From contig CAVZRV010000007.1 of NCBI GenBank assembly GCA_963777605.1, forward strand, positions 128,001 to 192,000: a stretch of DNA of 64,000 bases, given 5' to 3'. Source of the DNA: an uncultured Acidobacteriota bacterium (GTDB lineage: Bacteria; Acidobacteriota; UBA6911; RPQK01; JAPXNP01). This document shows positions 9,607 through 19,810 of the stretch, piece after piece. A model generated the notes under the pieces. It was not told where the DNA came from. It saw only the letters and a list, made by a program, of their open reading frames with translations, and ran no database searches. How positions within the stretch are numbered: the stretch's first letter is position 1; every line of letters starts with the position of its first letter. Position numbers and translations under genes: made by a program.

Positions 9607-11310
9607 TCAGGAAATCGGCTCCCGCACCGTCAGCACGCGGTCCACAGGCGGAGATTCCACATTCTGGACCTGCCCCGACGGCCAGATTATCTCGAGGCGA
9701 TCCACCGAATCGTGATTTCCCAACCCAACCGAGACCACTGGTTCGCTTGCCGACAGGTAAGACCGTCCTGAAACCAGGAAACGAGTCATTACAGTGTCAC
9801 CGATTATCACCCGGATCTTCGCGCCGTAGCCTACCCGGTTGCTCTTGGTGCCTTCCAGCTTGATTCTCATCCAGTGATTTCCGTGGGTTTCGTTTCGTAA
9901 GAGGTGGGCAGTTCCGCCGTTCTGAGTGAGGACAAAATCGATATCCCCATCCGCGTCGAAATCGGCCCCGGCGAATCCCCGCGCTACCAGCAACTTCTTC
10001 TCACGGACGACCATGTCCTCCGGAACCGCCGAAAACTTCCCTTCTCCGAGGTTGTGAAAGAACTGGGGCGGCTGCTGGTAGGCCTGCGAATGACGCGTCT
10101 GGGAGATGTTCGGCTCGATGTGTCCGTTTACAATCAGAATGTCGAGCCAGCCGTCGTTGTCAAAATCTTCCACCAGGGTCCCGAACGCCAACGTCATCAG
10201 CGTTGGGATCCCTATCCCGACCTGGGCGGCGTCATCAATGAAGTAACCGGAACCCGTTCCCCGGAAAAAGGCCACCATTTCCTGGGAGAAGTTCCCAATC
10301 ACGATATCGACCAATCCATCGCGATCGATATCTCCGGCATCGATTCCCATGCCGCCCCGAGCCGCTCCCGACTCGCTGTACGCCATGCCTGAATCTTCGC
10401 CCACATCGCTGAATGTCCCGTCCTTCTGGTTGATCAACAGGAAATTACCCACGGTATCGTTGGCAACCGCCACATCAGGCCAACCGTCGTCATTGATGTC
10501 CAAAATCACCACTCCCAGGGTTTTCCCTCGATACCGAGACAGACCCGACTTCTTGGTGACGTTCTGAAACTCCTTCCCTCCGAGGTTCCTGAAAAGGCAG
10601 TTTTCAATTGCCGGGTAGACTTCGGGAGTGCAGTAAGTTCGATGGACGCCATCAGGACTGCAGGGTATGTCGGTCTCCGGCGTCCACTTCACGTAGCGGC
10701 CAACGTAGAGATCCAGAAATCCGTCGCGGTCGTAGTCAAGAAAGGCAACACTCGACCCGTACCCCGGGCAATTAATGTTAAGTTCGCCCGCCGCTTCACG
10801 GAACCTCCCGTTTCCCAGGTTGCGGAAGACCCGGACCCGGTCCGTCCCCGAAACCACGAGATCCAGCCAACCGTCGTTCTCAATGTCCCCGACGGCCGCA
10901 CCCATGGCGAAAAAGGTGACATCAAGCCCGGCGCTCAGCAGTCACATCCTCGAAGTGTCCTCCCCCAGGTTCCGCCACAACGCCTGGACCGGCTTCTGAT
11001 CCGATTTTCCGTTCAAAGGGGCGCCGTTCGCGAAATAGATATCGGGCCACCCGTCGTTGTCGTAGTCAAAAACGGCGACCCCGGACCCCATCGTTTCGGG
11101 CAACAGCCTTTCCGGGCTCGCACTGTTGAAATGGGTGAACTTGACCCCGGACTCTTCGGTCATGTCGCTGAACAGATAGCTCTTGGCGACCCGGTCAGCC
11201 GTCACGGCCTCTTTGGGGGCACCGGATGCCTCAGCGGGTTCTCCACCTGAAGTGCCGCAGGCGCTCAGCAAAAGACATCCGGCCAGAAAACTCAAAAGTC
11301 GACTCTTCAT
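9607..11310 (-). CDS. Second CRTAC1 / ASPIC-UnbV protein, lipoprotein; interrupted near 10930-10966
   Basis: ORFs 10942-11310 (lipobox LSAC, LPETMGSG) and 9607-10905 are in the same frame. A shifted frame between them reads GGGHFEDVT, which implies two compensating indels that create a spurious TGA. Confidence 0.85.
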
Positions 11311-12683
11311 CTTCCCGATTTCTGCTCCAACAGGTTGTGTTTCTTCAGGTAGTAAGACAGGTTGCGCTCATCGACCCCGAGCAGTCGCGCCGCGTCCCGC
11401 TTGACTCCGTCGGCCGCCCGCAGAGCCGCCAGCAGGACACGCTTTTCTTCGTTGGCCAGAGACTCTCTCAGGTTGAGCGTTTCAGCCAGGTTGAGAGCTC
11501 CCGGAAACGGTGCCTCGCCCCGAATGTTCTCCGGGAGACTTCCCGCCGACAACTTCCGCCCCTTCTCGAGGATCACCGCTCTTTCCATCACGTTACGCAG
11601 CTCCCGAATATTCCCCGGCCACTGGTAGATCTCCAGGTATGCCAGAACTTCAGGTTCGAAATCCACGATGAGTTTCCCGGTCTTCCCGGCGAACTCCTCC
11701 ATGAAGGCTTGCGCCAGCACTTCGATGTCGTCAACCCGTTCCCGCAAAGGAGGGATCTTGATCGTAAAAACGTTGATGCGGTAGTAAAGATCCTGGCGGA
11801 ATCGGCCGTCACTCATGTCCGCCTCGAGGTTGGCGTTGGTGGCCGATACCAGACGCACATCGACGCTGGTCGATCGACTTTCCCCCACCCGTTCGAACAC
11901 TCCTTCTTCAAGCACCCGCAAGACCTTGGTCTGAGCGGACTCGGGTAGACACCCAATTTCATCCAGGAAGAGCGTTCCAGTATGAGCCACCTTGAAGCGC
12001 CCGTCACGATCCCGAGAAGCTCCGGTGAATGCTCCACGACAATGGCCGAAGAACTCACTTTCAAAGAGGTCCATTGGGATGGCGGCACAGTTTACGCTCA
12101 CAAACGGCCGGTTCTTACGCAGGCTGGAACGGTGGATCAGCCGGGCGACCTCTTCCTTCCCGGTACCCGACTCTCCCAACAGAAGGACACTCGAGTCGGT
12201 CGGGGCAGCTGCTTCGACCAGTTCCAGGATCCTCAACCACGCCTTGCTGCGCCCCAGAGGCCGACGCTCGCCGCCTGCCTTTGAGCGAAGATAATCGAGC
12301 TCCCGCCTGCGGGCGCTCTCAGACAACGCGCGCTCCAGCAACTGCAGCAGTTCATCCATCTCGGCCGGCTTTTCCATGAACTCGAAAGCCCCGGCCTTGA
12401 TGCACTCCACTGCAGAAGGAACGCTTCCAAATGCCGTCAAAACGATTACAGGAAGTTCGGGCTTGCGTTCCTTCATCTGCTTGAGAAGGTCAAGTCCGCT
12501 CATTCCGGGCATCTTCAGGTCGGTAATGACCACGTCGAGCCCGTCAAGCATGTCCGACTTCAGCGCATCCTTTGCAAAAGACGCAGTCCGAATGGTGTAT
12601 CCCTTCCTGGACAACACCAGAGAAAGAGACTCGCGAACATACGCCTCATCATCTACCACCAACACGGTTCCCTGTCTTGTCAT
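11307..12683 (-). CDS. Sigma-54-dependent response regulator (NtrC family)
   Basis: Receiver (VDDE, DLKMP), Walker A GESGTGKE, GAFTGA, LFLDEI, WPGNIREL, C-terminal HTH. Confidence 0.95.
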   Translation of the reverse strand: MTRQGTVLVVDDEAYVRESLSLVLSRKGYTIRTASFAKDALKSDMLDGLDVVITDLKMPGMSGLDLLKQMKERKPELPVIVLTAFGSVPSAVECIKAGAFEFMEKPAEMDELLQLLERALSESARRRELDYLRSKAGGERRPLGRSKAWLRILELVEAAAPTDSSVLLLGESGTGKEEVARLIHRSSLRKNRPFVSVNCAAIPMDLFESEFFGHCRGAFTGASRDRDGRFKVAHTGTLFLDEIGCLPESAQTKVLRVLEEGVFERVGESRSTSVDVRLVSATNANLEADMSDGRFRQDLYYRINVFTIKIPPLRERVDDIEVLAQAFMEEFAGKTGKLIVDFEPEVLAYLEIYQWPGNIRELRNVMERAVILEKGRKLSAGSLPENIRGEAPFPGALNLAETLNLRESLANEEKRVLLAALRAADGVKRDAARLLGVDERNLSYYLKKHNLLEQKSGR

Positions 12684-12706
12684 TACGTCTTGGTTCTCTC
12701 CTCCCC

Positions 12707-14437
12707 TTAACCTAGTTCAGTCTCGAGTTCCCTGGAACGGACACCCGGAGACTCGTCACCATCTGCCCCGCCGGCGGCCGGCATGCTGACCGTGAACACG
12801 GCCCCACCCCCGGGACGATTAGCCGCCTCGATATGGCCGTCATGACTCGTGACGATGGTTTGACAGATCGACAATCCCAGTCCGGATGAGCCCCGACCGG
12901 AGACGAAGGGCTCAAACACCCTCCCAATCATTTCATCCGGAATTCCCGGCCCCCTGTCGGCGATCGTCGCGATCACATTACCGTCACGCCGCGAGAACTC
13001 GATCTCAACCACTCCTTTTCCGCCCTGCAACTCTGCCGCATTGATCAGCAAATTCAGAAAGGCCTGACCCAAGGTGACGGGATTTCCTCTCACCATCACG
13101 GTTTCATCGCCCCCCCGCACTTCCACCCGAACCTCACGAAACAGCTGGGTGCCGCGTACAAAGTCCAATGTATCTCTCATTACTGCCTGAATGCAGATCA
13201 GCCCTTTCGGCTTTTGCCCCGGGTCGGCAAACGCGAGCGCGCGACGTGTCACACTGGCCGCCCGCTTCAGACCTTCCCGGACTTTGGCGACAAACTCGAG
13301 ACATGAGTCGTAGCGGCTGCTCTGCAGATCGTCCTCAAGCAGAGTCAGATAATTGGCCATCCCTTCGAGCGGGTTGTTGATCTCATGAGCCATTCCTGCC
13401 GCCAGGCGTCCAACACTGGCAAGCCGTTCGCTGTGCATCAATTGACGTTCCAACTCCCTGATCTGGGCCTGCTGGCGATTTTCCAGCTGGAGTGAAATTC
13501 CCCGACGGACCTGCCGGACAGCGATAACCCCGAGAATGGCCGCCAGAAGCAAGAGAGCAGCATTCACGGCCAGCGTCATCCGATAGCGCTCGCTCAAACG
13601 AGTCACCGACTCAACCAGTCCGGCACGCTTCTCCGACCAGAGGATGGCCCAGTCGATCGGTGGAGACCAGTCGGGGTCGCGAACCGGAACGACAACCGTT
13701 GAGGAGGCCTCCGGGTCTTTCCCGATCCCGTCCTCGACTTGAGAATAAGGACGCAGGGCAAGGCTGTACTTTTGGCTCGGCGAAGCCAGCCGGAGCAGCT
13801 CGGGTATCGAGAGAAGCGCCTCCATCAGATTCCCTGAGTTGGCATCCCCCAGCGGCCACCGCCCCAGGATGTGCGAGTCACCGTCGTTGTCCCCCTCGGG
13901 GACTTCCTCGGTGGCCGGAAGCATCACGGGCGCACCGTCGCGGACTCCCGCCGCCAGCACGGGCTCGTCTTCCAGGTAGAGGGTGATCCGCTCCACCTCC
14001 GGATGAGAAGACAGGAAGAGGAGCAGCGTCGCCTCGGAGTCCAGCCGGCGCCAGCGCCGGGCCATCGGGTCAGGATTACCGAGCGCCTCCTGGAGACTGG
14101 CGATCGGCGGTGACTGGGCAAGAAAAACGAAGTCGGCCCGAGTGGAGGCAAGAATTGCCTCGAGGCTCTTGGCCCCCGCAAGTGCCTGCAGTTCCAGGTC
14201 CTTGACTACCTCCTGCCGGGCTTCCCTCCCAGAGTAGATAATGCCCCAGAACCCGATCACGTTGACGGCAACCAGCAGGATCACCAGCGCAACGAGCAGA
14301 CCAGCACCAGGCTCTCCCAACCATCGGTGGAAAAGGCGTCGCCGGTTCACTGCCGGGATTCCACCCGAATCCGACTGGGAATTCGACGGGACGTCACGGG
14401 TCAAGGTCACCTCCTCTCGCGCCCGAAATCCATTCAT
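12707..14437 (-). CDS. Membrane sensor histidine kinase
   Basis: Two TM segments around a periplasmic domain; AHEINNPL H-box, NLLINA, DRGPG, GLGLS; start uncertain. Confidence 0.92.
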   Translation of the reverse strand: MNGFRAREEVTLTRDVPSNSQSDSGGIPAVNRRRLFHRWLGEPGAGLLVALVILLVAVNVIGFWGIIYSGREARQEVVKDLELQALAGAKSLEAILASTRADFVFLAQSPPIASLQEALGNPDPMARRWRRLDSEATLLLFLSSHPEVERITLYLEDEPVLAAGVRDGAPVMLPATEEVPEGDNDGDSHILGRWPLGDANSGNLMEALLSIPELLRLASPSQKYSLALRPYSQVEDGIGKDPEASSTVVVPVRDPDWSPPIDWAILWSEKRAGLVESVTRLSERYRMTLAVNAALLLLAAILGVIAVRQVRRGISLQLENRQQAQIRELERQLMHSERLASVGRLAAGMAHEINNPLEGMANYLTLLEDDLQSSRYDSCLEFVAKVREGLKRAASVTRRALAFADPGQKPKGLICIQAVMRDTLDFVRGTQLFREVRVEVRGGDETVMVRGNPVTLGQAFLNLLINAAELQGGKGVVEIEFSRRDGNVIATIADRGPGIPDEMIGRVFEPFVSGRGSSGLGLSICQTIVTSHDGHIEAANRPGGGAVFTVSMPAAGGADGDESPGVRSRELETELG

Positions 14438-14679
14438 ATCTTACTTCATAAAATATACGGAGTCGCAATCAAGACCCAAATGGTTGAAAAAAATGAGCTT
14501 GCGAATTCAAAGGCGCCGATGCCCCCTGCTGCCCACCAACACTACACCGACTGTCCTTAACAATAATCATATGTTTTATGAACAGTTTCCTTCCAGATGA
14601 AGGCGCACACATTCCGGGATAGATTACAAGTCATTATTTTTCAACAAGTTAAAGAAACATTGTCGATTACTTCGAAAAT

Positions 14680-14695
14680 TGGCCCGCATCTTGCT
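14680..14695 (+). promoter_or_regulatory. Sigma-54 (-24/-12) promoter
   Basis: TGGCCCGCATCTTGCT = GG-N10-GC with TTGCT; IHF-like TTTCAACAAGTTA at 14639-14651; divergent from an NtrC-type system. Confidence 0.75.
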
Positions 14696-14712
14696 ATAGG
14701 GAAATGTGACGC

Positions 14713-14868
14713 ATGAACTGGACCAAAGACAGCGATAACTGGCAAGAGGTCTTCGACGGAGATGTTCCGGCGCACAACCCCCGCGCGCGGACTGCCCGTG
14801 ACGGTTCGTGCACCGACAACCGGACGGTCGACGAAATTCACCGCGTCGGTTTTGTGCAGACAAGATAA
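14713..14868 (+). other. Candidate 51-aa small ORF or sRNA body downstream of the sigma-54 promoter
   Basis: MNWTKDSDNWQEVFDGDVPAHNPRARTARDGSCTDNRTVDEIHRVGFVQTR*; below the ORF-track cutoff; no recognised homology. Confidence 0.3.
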
Positions 14869-14896
14869 GCATTTCCCCCCTTACCACCACGAAGTT

Positions 14897-14931
14897 CGAT
14901 TCCAGCGGCCCTGATCAAGCCGCTGGAATCG
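14897..14931 (+). terminator. Perfect 13-bp hairpin, putative terminator
   Basis: CGATTCCAGCGGC-N9-GCCGCTGGAATCG followed by TAATTT. Confidence 0.6.
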
Positions 14932-14983
14932 TAATTTCCAATCGATCCTTTCGGGGGGATGTGATGATTCGAGGAATCAGATC

Positions 14984-17644
14984 ATGAAAATCAGGTGGGC
15001 AAACACACTATGGGCGGTATTTTGGCTGACGCTCGCACCCGCAGCCGCAGCCGAGACCCCTTACCAATGGCTGGATAACGCTCAGTACAACCCGGAGGTC
15101 CCCAGTCCGCAGTCATTCCTGGGATACGAGATTGGAACCTTCTTGACCGATCATCACCAGATGGAGGACTACATCCACCGTCTGGAAGCAACATCGAATC
15201 GCATTCGGGTCCTCCGTATCGGGGAATCGGTAGAACGGCGGAAGATGTACCTCCTCCTGATCTCCTCGCCGGAAAACCTGGCCAGAGTCGAAAGCATTCG
15301 GGAGTCCATGGAAAGGCTCGCCGATCCGCGGGCCACCTCTCCAGCGGAAGCCGAGACAATCATCAATAACGAGGTTCCTGTCGGATGGTTGAATTACGCC
15401 AACGATGGTGGAGAGACGGCAGCGTTCGAAACCGGGATTCTGATGGCGTATCAACTGGCGGCCGGCACCGATCCATTGACGATGAAGATCCTCAAGAACG
15501 TCGTAACGATCATCAACCCGGCCGCTAACCCCGACAGCCACCAAAGCTTCGTAGCCTGGATGAAAGCGGCGACAATCGGCACGGCCGGCACGGCCGACCC
15601 CAATGCTTCAGAGCATCACGTCCCCTGGTTCATCAGTTCGGATGGAAATCACTTCCTGATCGATTCAAACCGCGACGCATTTGCGTTGACCCAACCCGAA
15701 ACCCAGGCCGTCTCGGCAGCCCTTCAACATTGGCATCCCCAGCTTTGGATCGACAACCATGGAGAACCCAACGAGTATTTCTTCGCTCCTTTTACCCCCC
15801 CAATGAATCTGAACTTCCCACCCTCGCTCCGCAATTGGGCAACGGAAATCGGACGAAGCTGCGCCCGCTACTTTGATCGGCAGGGTTGGACCTATTCCAA
15901 GGACGAGACCTATGACTTGTACTATCCAGGCTATTGGGACTCCTACCCCGCACTTAACGGTGCTGTCTCTGCCACCTTTGAAACCAACGGCGGAGGCTGG
16001 AAGAACTTGTCATGGGTAAAGCCGGACGGGACGCTGTCAACACTCCGAGGAGGAATTCACGGTCACTTTCTGGCCGACCTGGCGTCGCTGGAAACCCTCG
16101 CCGACCACCGTGTGGACTTTCTGCGATATTTCTACGATTTTCGCCGAAGCGGAATGGCTGAAGTCGACGAGGAACCCTACCGGACCTATCTCTTTCCCCC
16201 GTCGGGAGACCTTGACCGGCGAGAACGGCTGGTGCGCCTGCTTCTTCGACACGGGATCGAAGCCTACCGGATTGGTGAGCCCCTCAAAGCGGTTTCGACA
16301 GAGACGTCCTTCGACCGCCAGCCCCGCGACCGGGATTTCCCCGCCGGAACCCTCGCGGTTCCTCTGCGCCAGCCGCAGAAGCGGCTCATCAAGACTCTTC
16401 TTGAACCGGACCCAAGACTCGAGCAGATCTTTCTGGACAGAGTTGACCACGCCTTGGCGATGAACCGCAAACTGGGAGAGGGCTCACCAAAGGAACCGGT
16501 TGGGTTTTACGACGTTACGGCCTGGTCGCTGCCTCTTTCATTCGGAGTCGAAACAGCATTTACAAGCCTCGAAATTGATCTTGCCCGGTCAAATCGCCTG
16601 AACTCGATCGAACCGGAGCTTGCGACCTCGGAACTGCCCCGGGCCGGATATGCCTATCTGTTCAACTGGGGCAGCGATGCCGGTGCCCGCCTCGCCGTTC
16701 GCCTCCTAAACGAGAATTTCCGTCTGGCACTGGCTACCCGTCCATTCGCAAACAGTGGCCGCAAGTACCCCTCCGGGACATTGATCGCCCGAGTGGAGAG
16801 GAATCCCGAGAACCTGCATGAACGCATTCAAACCCTGGCCCGGGAATGCGGGACCCAGCTCAGCACTACCGATACGGCCTGGAGCGATGAGGGAATCTCA
16901 CTCGGGTCACGCTTTGTCGTTGACCTCTCCAGGCCCAGAGTGATCGTCTTCTCTGACGAGCCAACCCGTGCCGTCACGTTTGGGAGCGTCTACTCTCTCC
17001 TTTCCCAGCGGTTTGACCAGCCGTTCACCGCGATCCGGGCCGATTACTTCGATGAGATCGACCTTTACCAGTACAGCGTCGTCATCCTGCCCGACGGCTC
17101 TCCCTCGGGCTATCGTCAGATGTTGGGAACGAGCGGGATTGAGCGGCTTCGAAGCTGGATCGAGAACGGGGGCACGCTCATCGGGCTCAAGGGCGGCGCT
17201 GAGTTCACGTGTCTGTCTGAGGTGGGGTTCAGCGATGTGACGGTCTCCCGACAACTCCCGAGTGAGACCGAGCCTGAGACTGAAGAGACGAAAAGCGAGC
17301 CCATCCCCTTTCACCCGGGGTCGATCTTCCGGGTTGATCTCAATCCCGACTATTACCTGGCATTGGGATACCCGGCTCAATCCGCGGTCCTGTTTCGGGG
17401 CGGCCAGGTATTCTCGGCCAGTTCACGTGGAACCAATGTCGGAGTGTTTCCAGCCAATTCCTGGCTCCAGGGTCACCATTGGCCCCAGACCGACAGGCTG
17501 CTGGAAGGACAGCTCTACCTGGCCGATCTCCCGATGGAGGAAGGTCATGTCATCCTGTTTGCCGATGACCCCACGTTCAGGGCCCAGTGGGTCGGTCTTG
17601 ACCGACTGGTGATGGCTGCAGTCCTCTTCTCGAATTCTTTCTAG
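14984..17644 (+). CDS. Secreted M14 zinc carboxypeptidase-like protein with C-terminal GATase-like domain
   Basis: Signal peptide; IGESVERR, INPAANPD, NHFLIDSNRD, DNHGE, YPGYWDS, TFET, FYDVTAWSLPL; C-terminal ILPDG..WIENGGTLIG. Confidence 0.85.
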   Translation: MKIRWANTLWAVFWLTLAPAAAAETPYQWLDNAQYNPEVPSPQSFLGYEIGTFLTDHHQMEDYIHRLEATSNRIRVLRIGESVERRKMYLLLISSPENLARVESIRESMERLADPRATSPAEAETIINNEVPVGWLNYANDGGETAAFETGILMAYQLAAGTDPLTMKILKNVVTIINPAANPDSHQSFVAWMKAATIGTAGTADPNASEHHVPWFISSDGNHFLIDSNRDAFALTQPETQAVSAALQHWHPQLWIDNHGEPNEYFFAPFTPPMNLNFPPSLRNWATEIGRSCARYFDRQGWTYSKDETYDLYYPGYWDSYPALNGAVSATFETNGGGWKNLSWVKPDGTLSTLRGGIHGHFLADLASLETLADHRVDFLRYFYDFRRSGMAEVDEEPYRTYLFPPSGDLDRRERLVRLLLRHGIEAYRIGEPLKAVSTETSFDRQPRDRDFPAGTLAVPLRQPQKRLIKTLLEPDPRLEQIFLDRVDHALAMNRKLGEGSPKEPVGFYDVTAWSLPLSFGVETAFTSLEIDLARSNRLNSIEPELATSELPRAGYAYLFNWGSDAGARLAVRLLNENFRLALATRPFANSGRKYPSGTLIARVERNPENLHERIQTLARECGTQLSTTDTAWSDEGISLGSRFVVDLSRPRVIVFSDEPTRAVTFGSVYSLLSQRFDQPFTAIRADYFDEIDLYQYSVVILPDGSPSGYRQMLGTSGIERLRSWIENGGTLIGLKGGAEFTCLSEVGFSDVTVSRQLPSETEPETEETKSEPIPFHPGSIFRVDLNPDYYLALGYPAQSAVLFRGGQVFSASSRGTNVGVFPANSWLQGHHWPQTDRLLEGQLYLADLPMEEGHVILFADDPTFRAQWVGLDRLVMAAVLFSNSF

Positions 17645-17764
17645 TGCCCTGTCACGCATCCTGTGGCACTTTCAGCAAGGCGAGAAGCGGCCAACTGCCA
17701 GGCGTGGTTATCCCGGGGTGATTCAAAATCCGGTCCGAATGTGGCAGAGTGGCTGAAGGGGGGA

Positions 17765-19750
17765 ATGATGAATCGAAGACTCTATTTGCTGTCCTTGTCT
17801 TTACTTGCTCTGGCCTGGATTTCCGCAGGCTGTTCGGGACCTGCCCAGATGACCATCAGCAGCCCCAACAAGCGGATCCAGGTCCGGTTCGTTCTTGACC
17901 ATGGAACACCCACGTACGCGGTGACCTTCGAGGACAAACCGGTCATTGAGCCATCCTCAATCGGGCTGACCCTGAAAGAGGGTTCGCTGGCGGGACCGTT
18001 CCAGGTCCTCGGGATCCAGACCTCGCAGGATTCTGGAAGTTGGACTCCGGTTTGGGGCACGGCTTCCGAAGTCAGCTTCGGCTATCAGGAACTGGAGGTC
18101 ACCCTGGAGGAGACCAATCCTCCAGGCCGGCGCATGGTCCTCGTTTTCCGCGCGTCTGACGATGGTGCCGCCTTCCGCTATGTCCTGCCCGAGCAACCGG
18201 GGATGCCCGAGTTCAACCTTACAGCCGAGAATACGCAGTTCACGCTGCCCGGAAATCAAAAGTGCTTTGCTTTGCAGCGGTCGTCGTTCGGAGACAGCTA
18301 CGAAGGAACCTACGATCCGGTTCAGGTTGACGCGATCCCCGGTGATGCGATTGTCGGCCTCCCACTGCTCGTGGAAGGCGACGGATTCTGGTTCGCCCTG
18401 ACGGAGGCTGCCCTGGTCAACCACGCCGGGCTTTCCGTGCAGCGGGACGGGTCGGTACCCAACCGGCTGGTCAGCCGGTTGTCTCCACTCCCAAACGAGC
18501 CGGACGTTGTGGTAAGAGCCAAGACTCCCCACGCCTCCCCCTGGCGCACGATCCTGATCGGCGAGCGGGCCGGTGACATGATCGAGTCCAATCTCATCCC
18601 GACTCTCAACGAGCCCAGCAAGATATCTGATACATCCTGGATTCGACCGGCTCTCGTGATGTGGCCGTGGTGGAACAACCGGGTTTCCAACGACCCCAAG
18701 ATCAAGGGCGGAGGCCCCTCGACCGCCGTACTCAACTACTACATCGACTTTGCGGCCGAGAACGGCATCAAGGACCTGGTGATCGACGCCGGCTGGTACT
18801 CTCTCGAAATGGACGCCTGGAACCAGCCGGAAAAGGAAGACGTTCTGACGATGGAGGAAACCCGGGCGGCCTTCTACAACGTCCGGGACGTGATTGACCA
18901 CGGCAAGGAAAAAGGCGTATCGGTCTACCTTTGGGTGCATTTGGCTTCCCTGCGGGGGCGCGTCGAGGAGGTGCTCAGTACCTATGCCGACTGGGGTGCC
19001 GCCGGAATCAAGCTCGATAACTTTGGAGGGGACAGCCAGTCGATGGTCAACGATCTTCACCATGTTATCGAAGTGGCCGCCCAACACGAGATGATCGTCG
19101 ACTACCATGGTGCCTATCGCCCGACCGGAGAGGGTCGAACCTGGCCCAACTTCATGAGCTGTGAAGCCGTTATGGGACTGGAGTACTCGAAGGGGAACCC
19201 TAAACCGACTCCCCAGCACAACGTCACACTCCCGTTCACTCGAATGCTTGCCGGCCCGATGGACTACACCCCGGGCGCTTTCGACCTGGACGGTGCCGAG
19301 GGCTACCAGAAGTACGTCCAGACCACCCGCGCCCAGCAGATTGCGATGTACGTCGTTTTCTTTTCGCCGCTCCAGATGCTAATTGACTACCCGGCGGCCT
19401 ACATTTCGGCTCCCGCCCAGTGGGAGTTTGTGAAGAAGATCCCGACTACCTGGGACCAGACTCTCTTCCTGGACGGCTACCCGGGCGACTTCGTTGCACT
19501 CGCCCGCCGTCAGGGGTCGTCGTGGTGGGCCGGCTTCATGACCGACGAGAATCCTCGGGATATCGAGGTAACACTTGATTTCCTGGCTGACGGCACCGAG
19601 TACACCGCACACATCGTCCGTGACGGTGACAATGCCGCCGAGGATCATCAGAGCACGGCAACCGAGACCCGGGCAGTCAAAAAAGGGGATCGTTGGGTTG
19701 CAAAACTGGCGGGATCGGGAGGCCAGGCGGTTCGCTTCGATCCCAACTAG
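17765..19750 (+). CDS. GH97 glycoside hydrolase, probably retaining type (alpha-galactosidase-like), lipoprotein
   Basis: Lipobox SAGC; TPHASPWR, YYIDFAA, GIKLDNF (Asp at the retaining nucleophile position), HGAYRPTG, PFTRMLAGPMDYTPG. Confidence 0.92.
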   Translation: MMNRRLYLLSLSLLALAWISAGCSGPAQMTISSPNKRIQVRFVLDHGTPTYAVTFEDKPVIEPSSIGLTLKEGSLAGPFQVLGIQTSQDSGSWTPVWGTASEVSFGYQELEVTLEETNPPGRRMVLVFRASDDGAAFRYVLPEQPGMPEFNLTAENTQFTLPGNQKCFALQRSSFGDSYEGTYDPVQVDAIPGDAIVGLPLLVEGDGFWFALTEAALVNHAGLSVQRDGSVPNRLVSRLSPLPNEPDVVVRAKTPHASPWRTILIGERAGDMIESNLIPTLNEPSKISDTSWIRPALVMWPWWNNRVSNDPKIKGGGPSTAVLNYYIDFAAENGIKDLVIDAGWYSLEMDAWNQPEKEDVLTMEETRAAFYNVRDVIDHGKEKGVSVYLWVHLASLRGRVEEVLSTYADWGAAGIKLDNFGGDSQSMVNDLHHVIEVAAQHEMIVDYHGAYRPTGEGRTWPNFMSCEAVMGLEYSKGNPKPTPQHNVTLPFTRMLAGPMDYTPGAFDLDGAEGYQKYVQTTRAQQIAMYVVFFSPLQMLIDYPAAYISAPAQWEFVKKIPTTWDQTLFLDGYPGDFVALARRQGSSWWAGFMTDENPRDIEVTLDFLADGTEYTAHIVRDGDNAAEDHQSTATETRAVKKGDRWVAKLAGSGGQAVRFDPN

Positions 19751-19810
19751 GGCGAAGGGCCGTTTCCAGCCATCCGGTTCATCCAGGCTCGCCAATACAT
19801 CCTGATGAAA

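Noticed and set aside
9334-9771. 145-aa plus-strand ORF in the AT-rich region
   Set aside because: No RBS or motif, Lys/Arg bias expected from AT-rich DNA, and antisense overlap with the ASPIC gene.
10906-10970. In-frame TGA in the ASPIC lipoprotein as selenocysteine or readthrough
   Set aside because: The shifted frame restores the family motif GGGHFEDVT, so two compensating indels explain the TGA; the position is not a Cys site.
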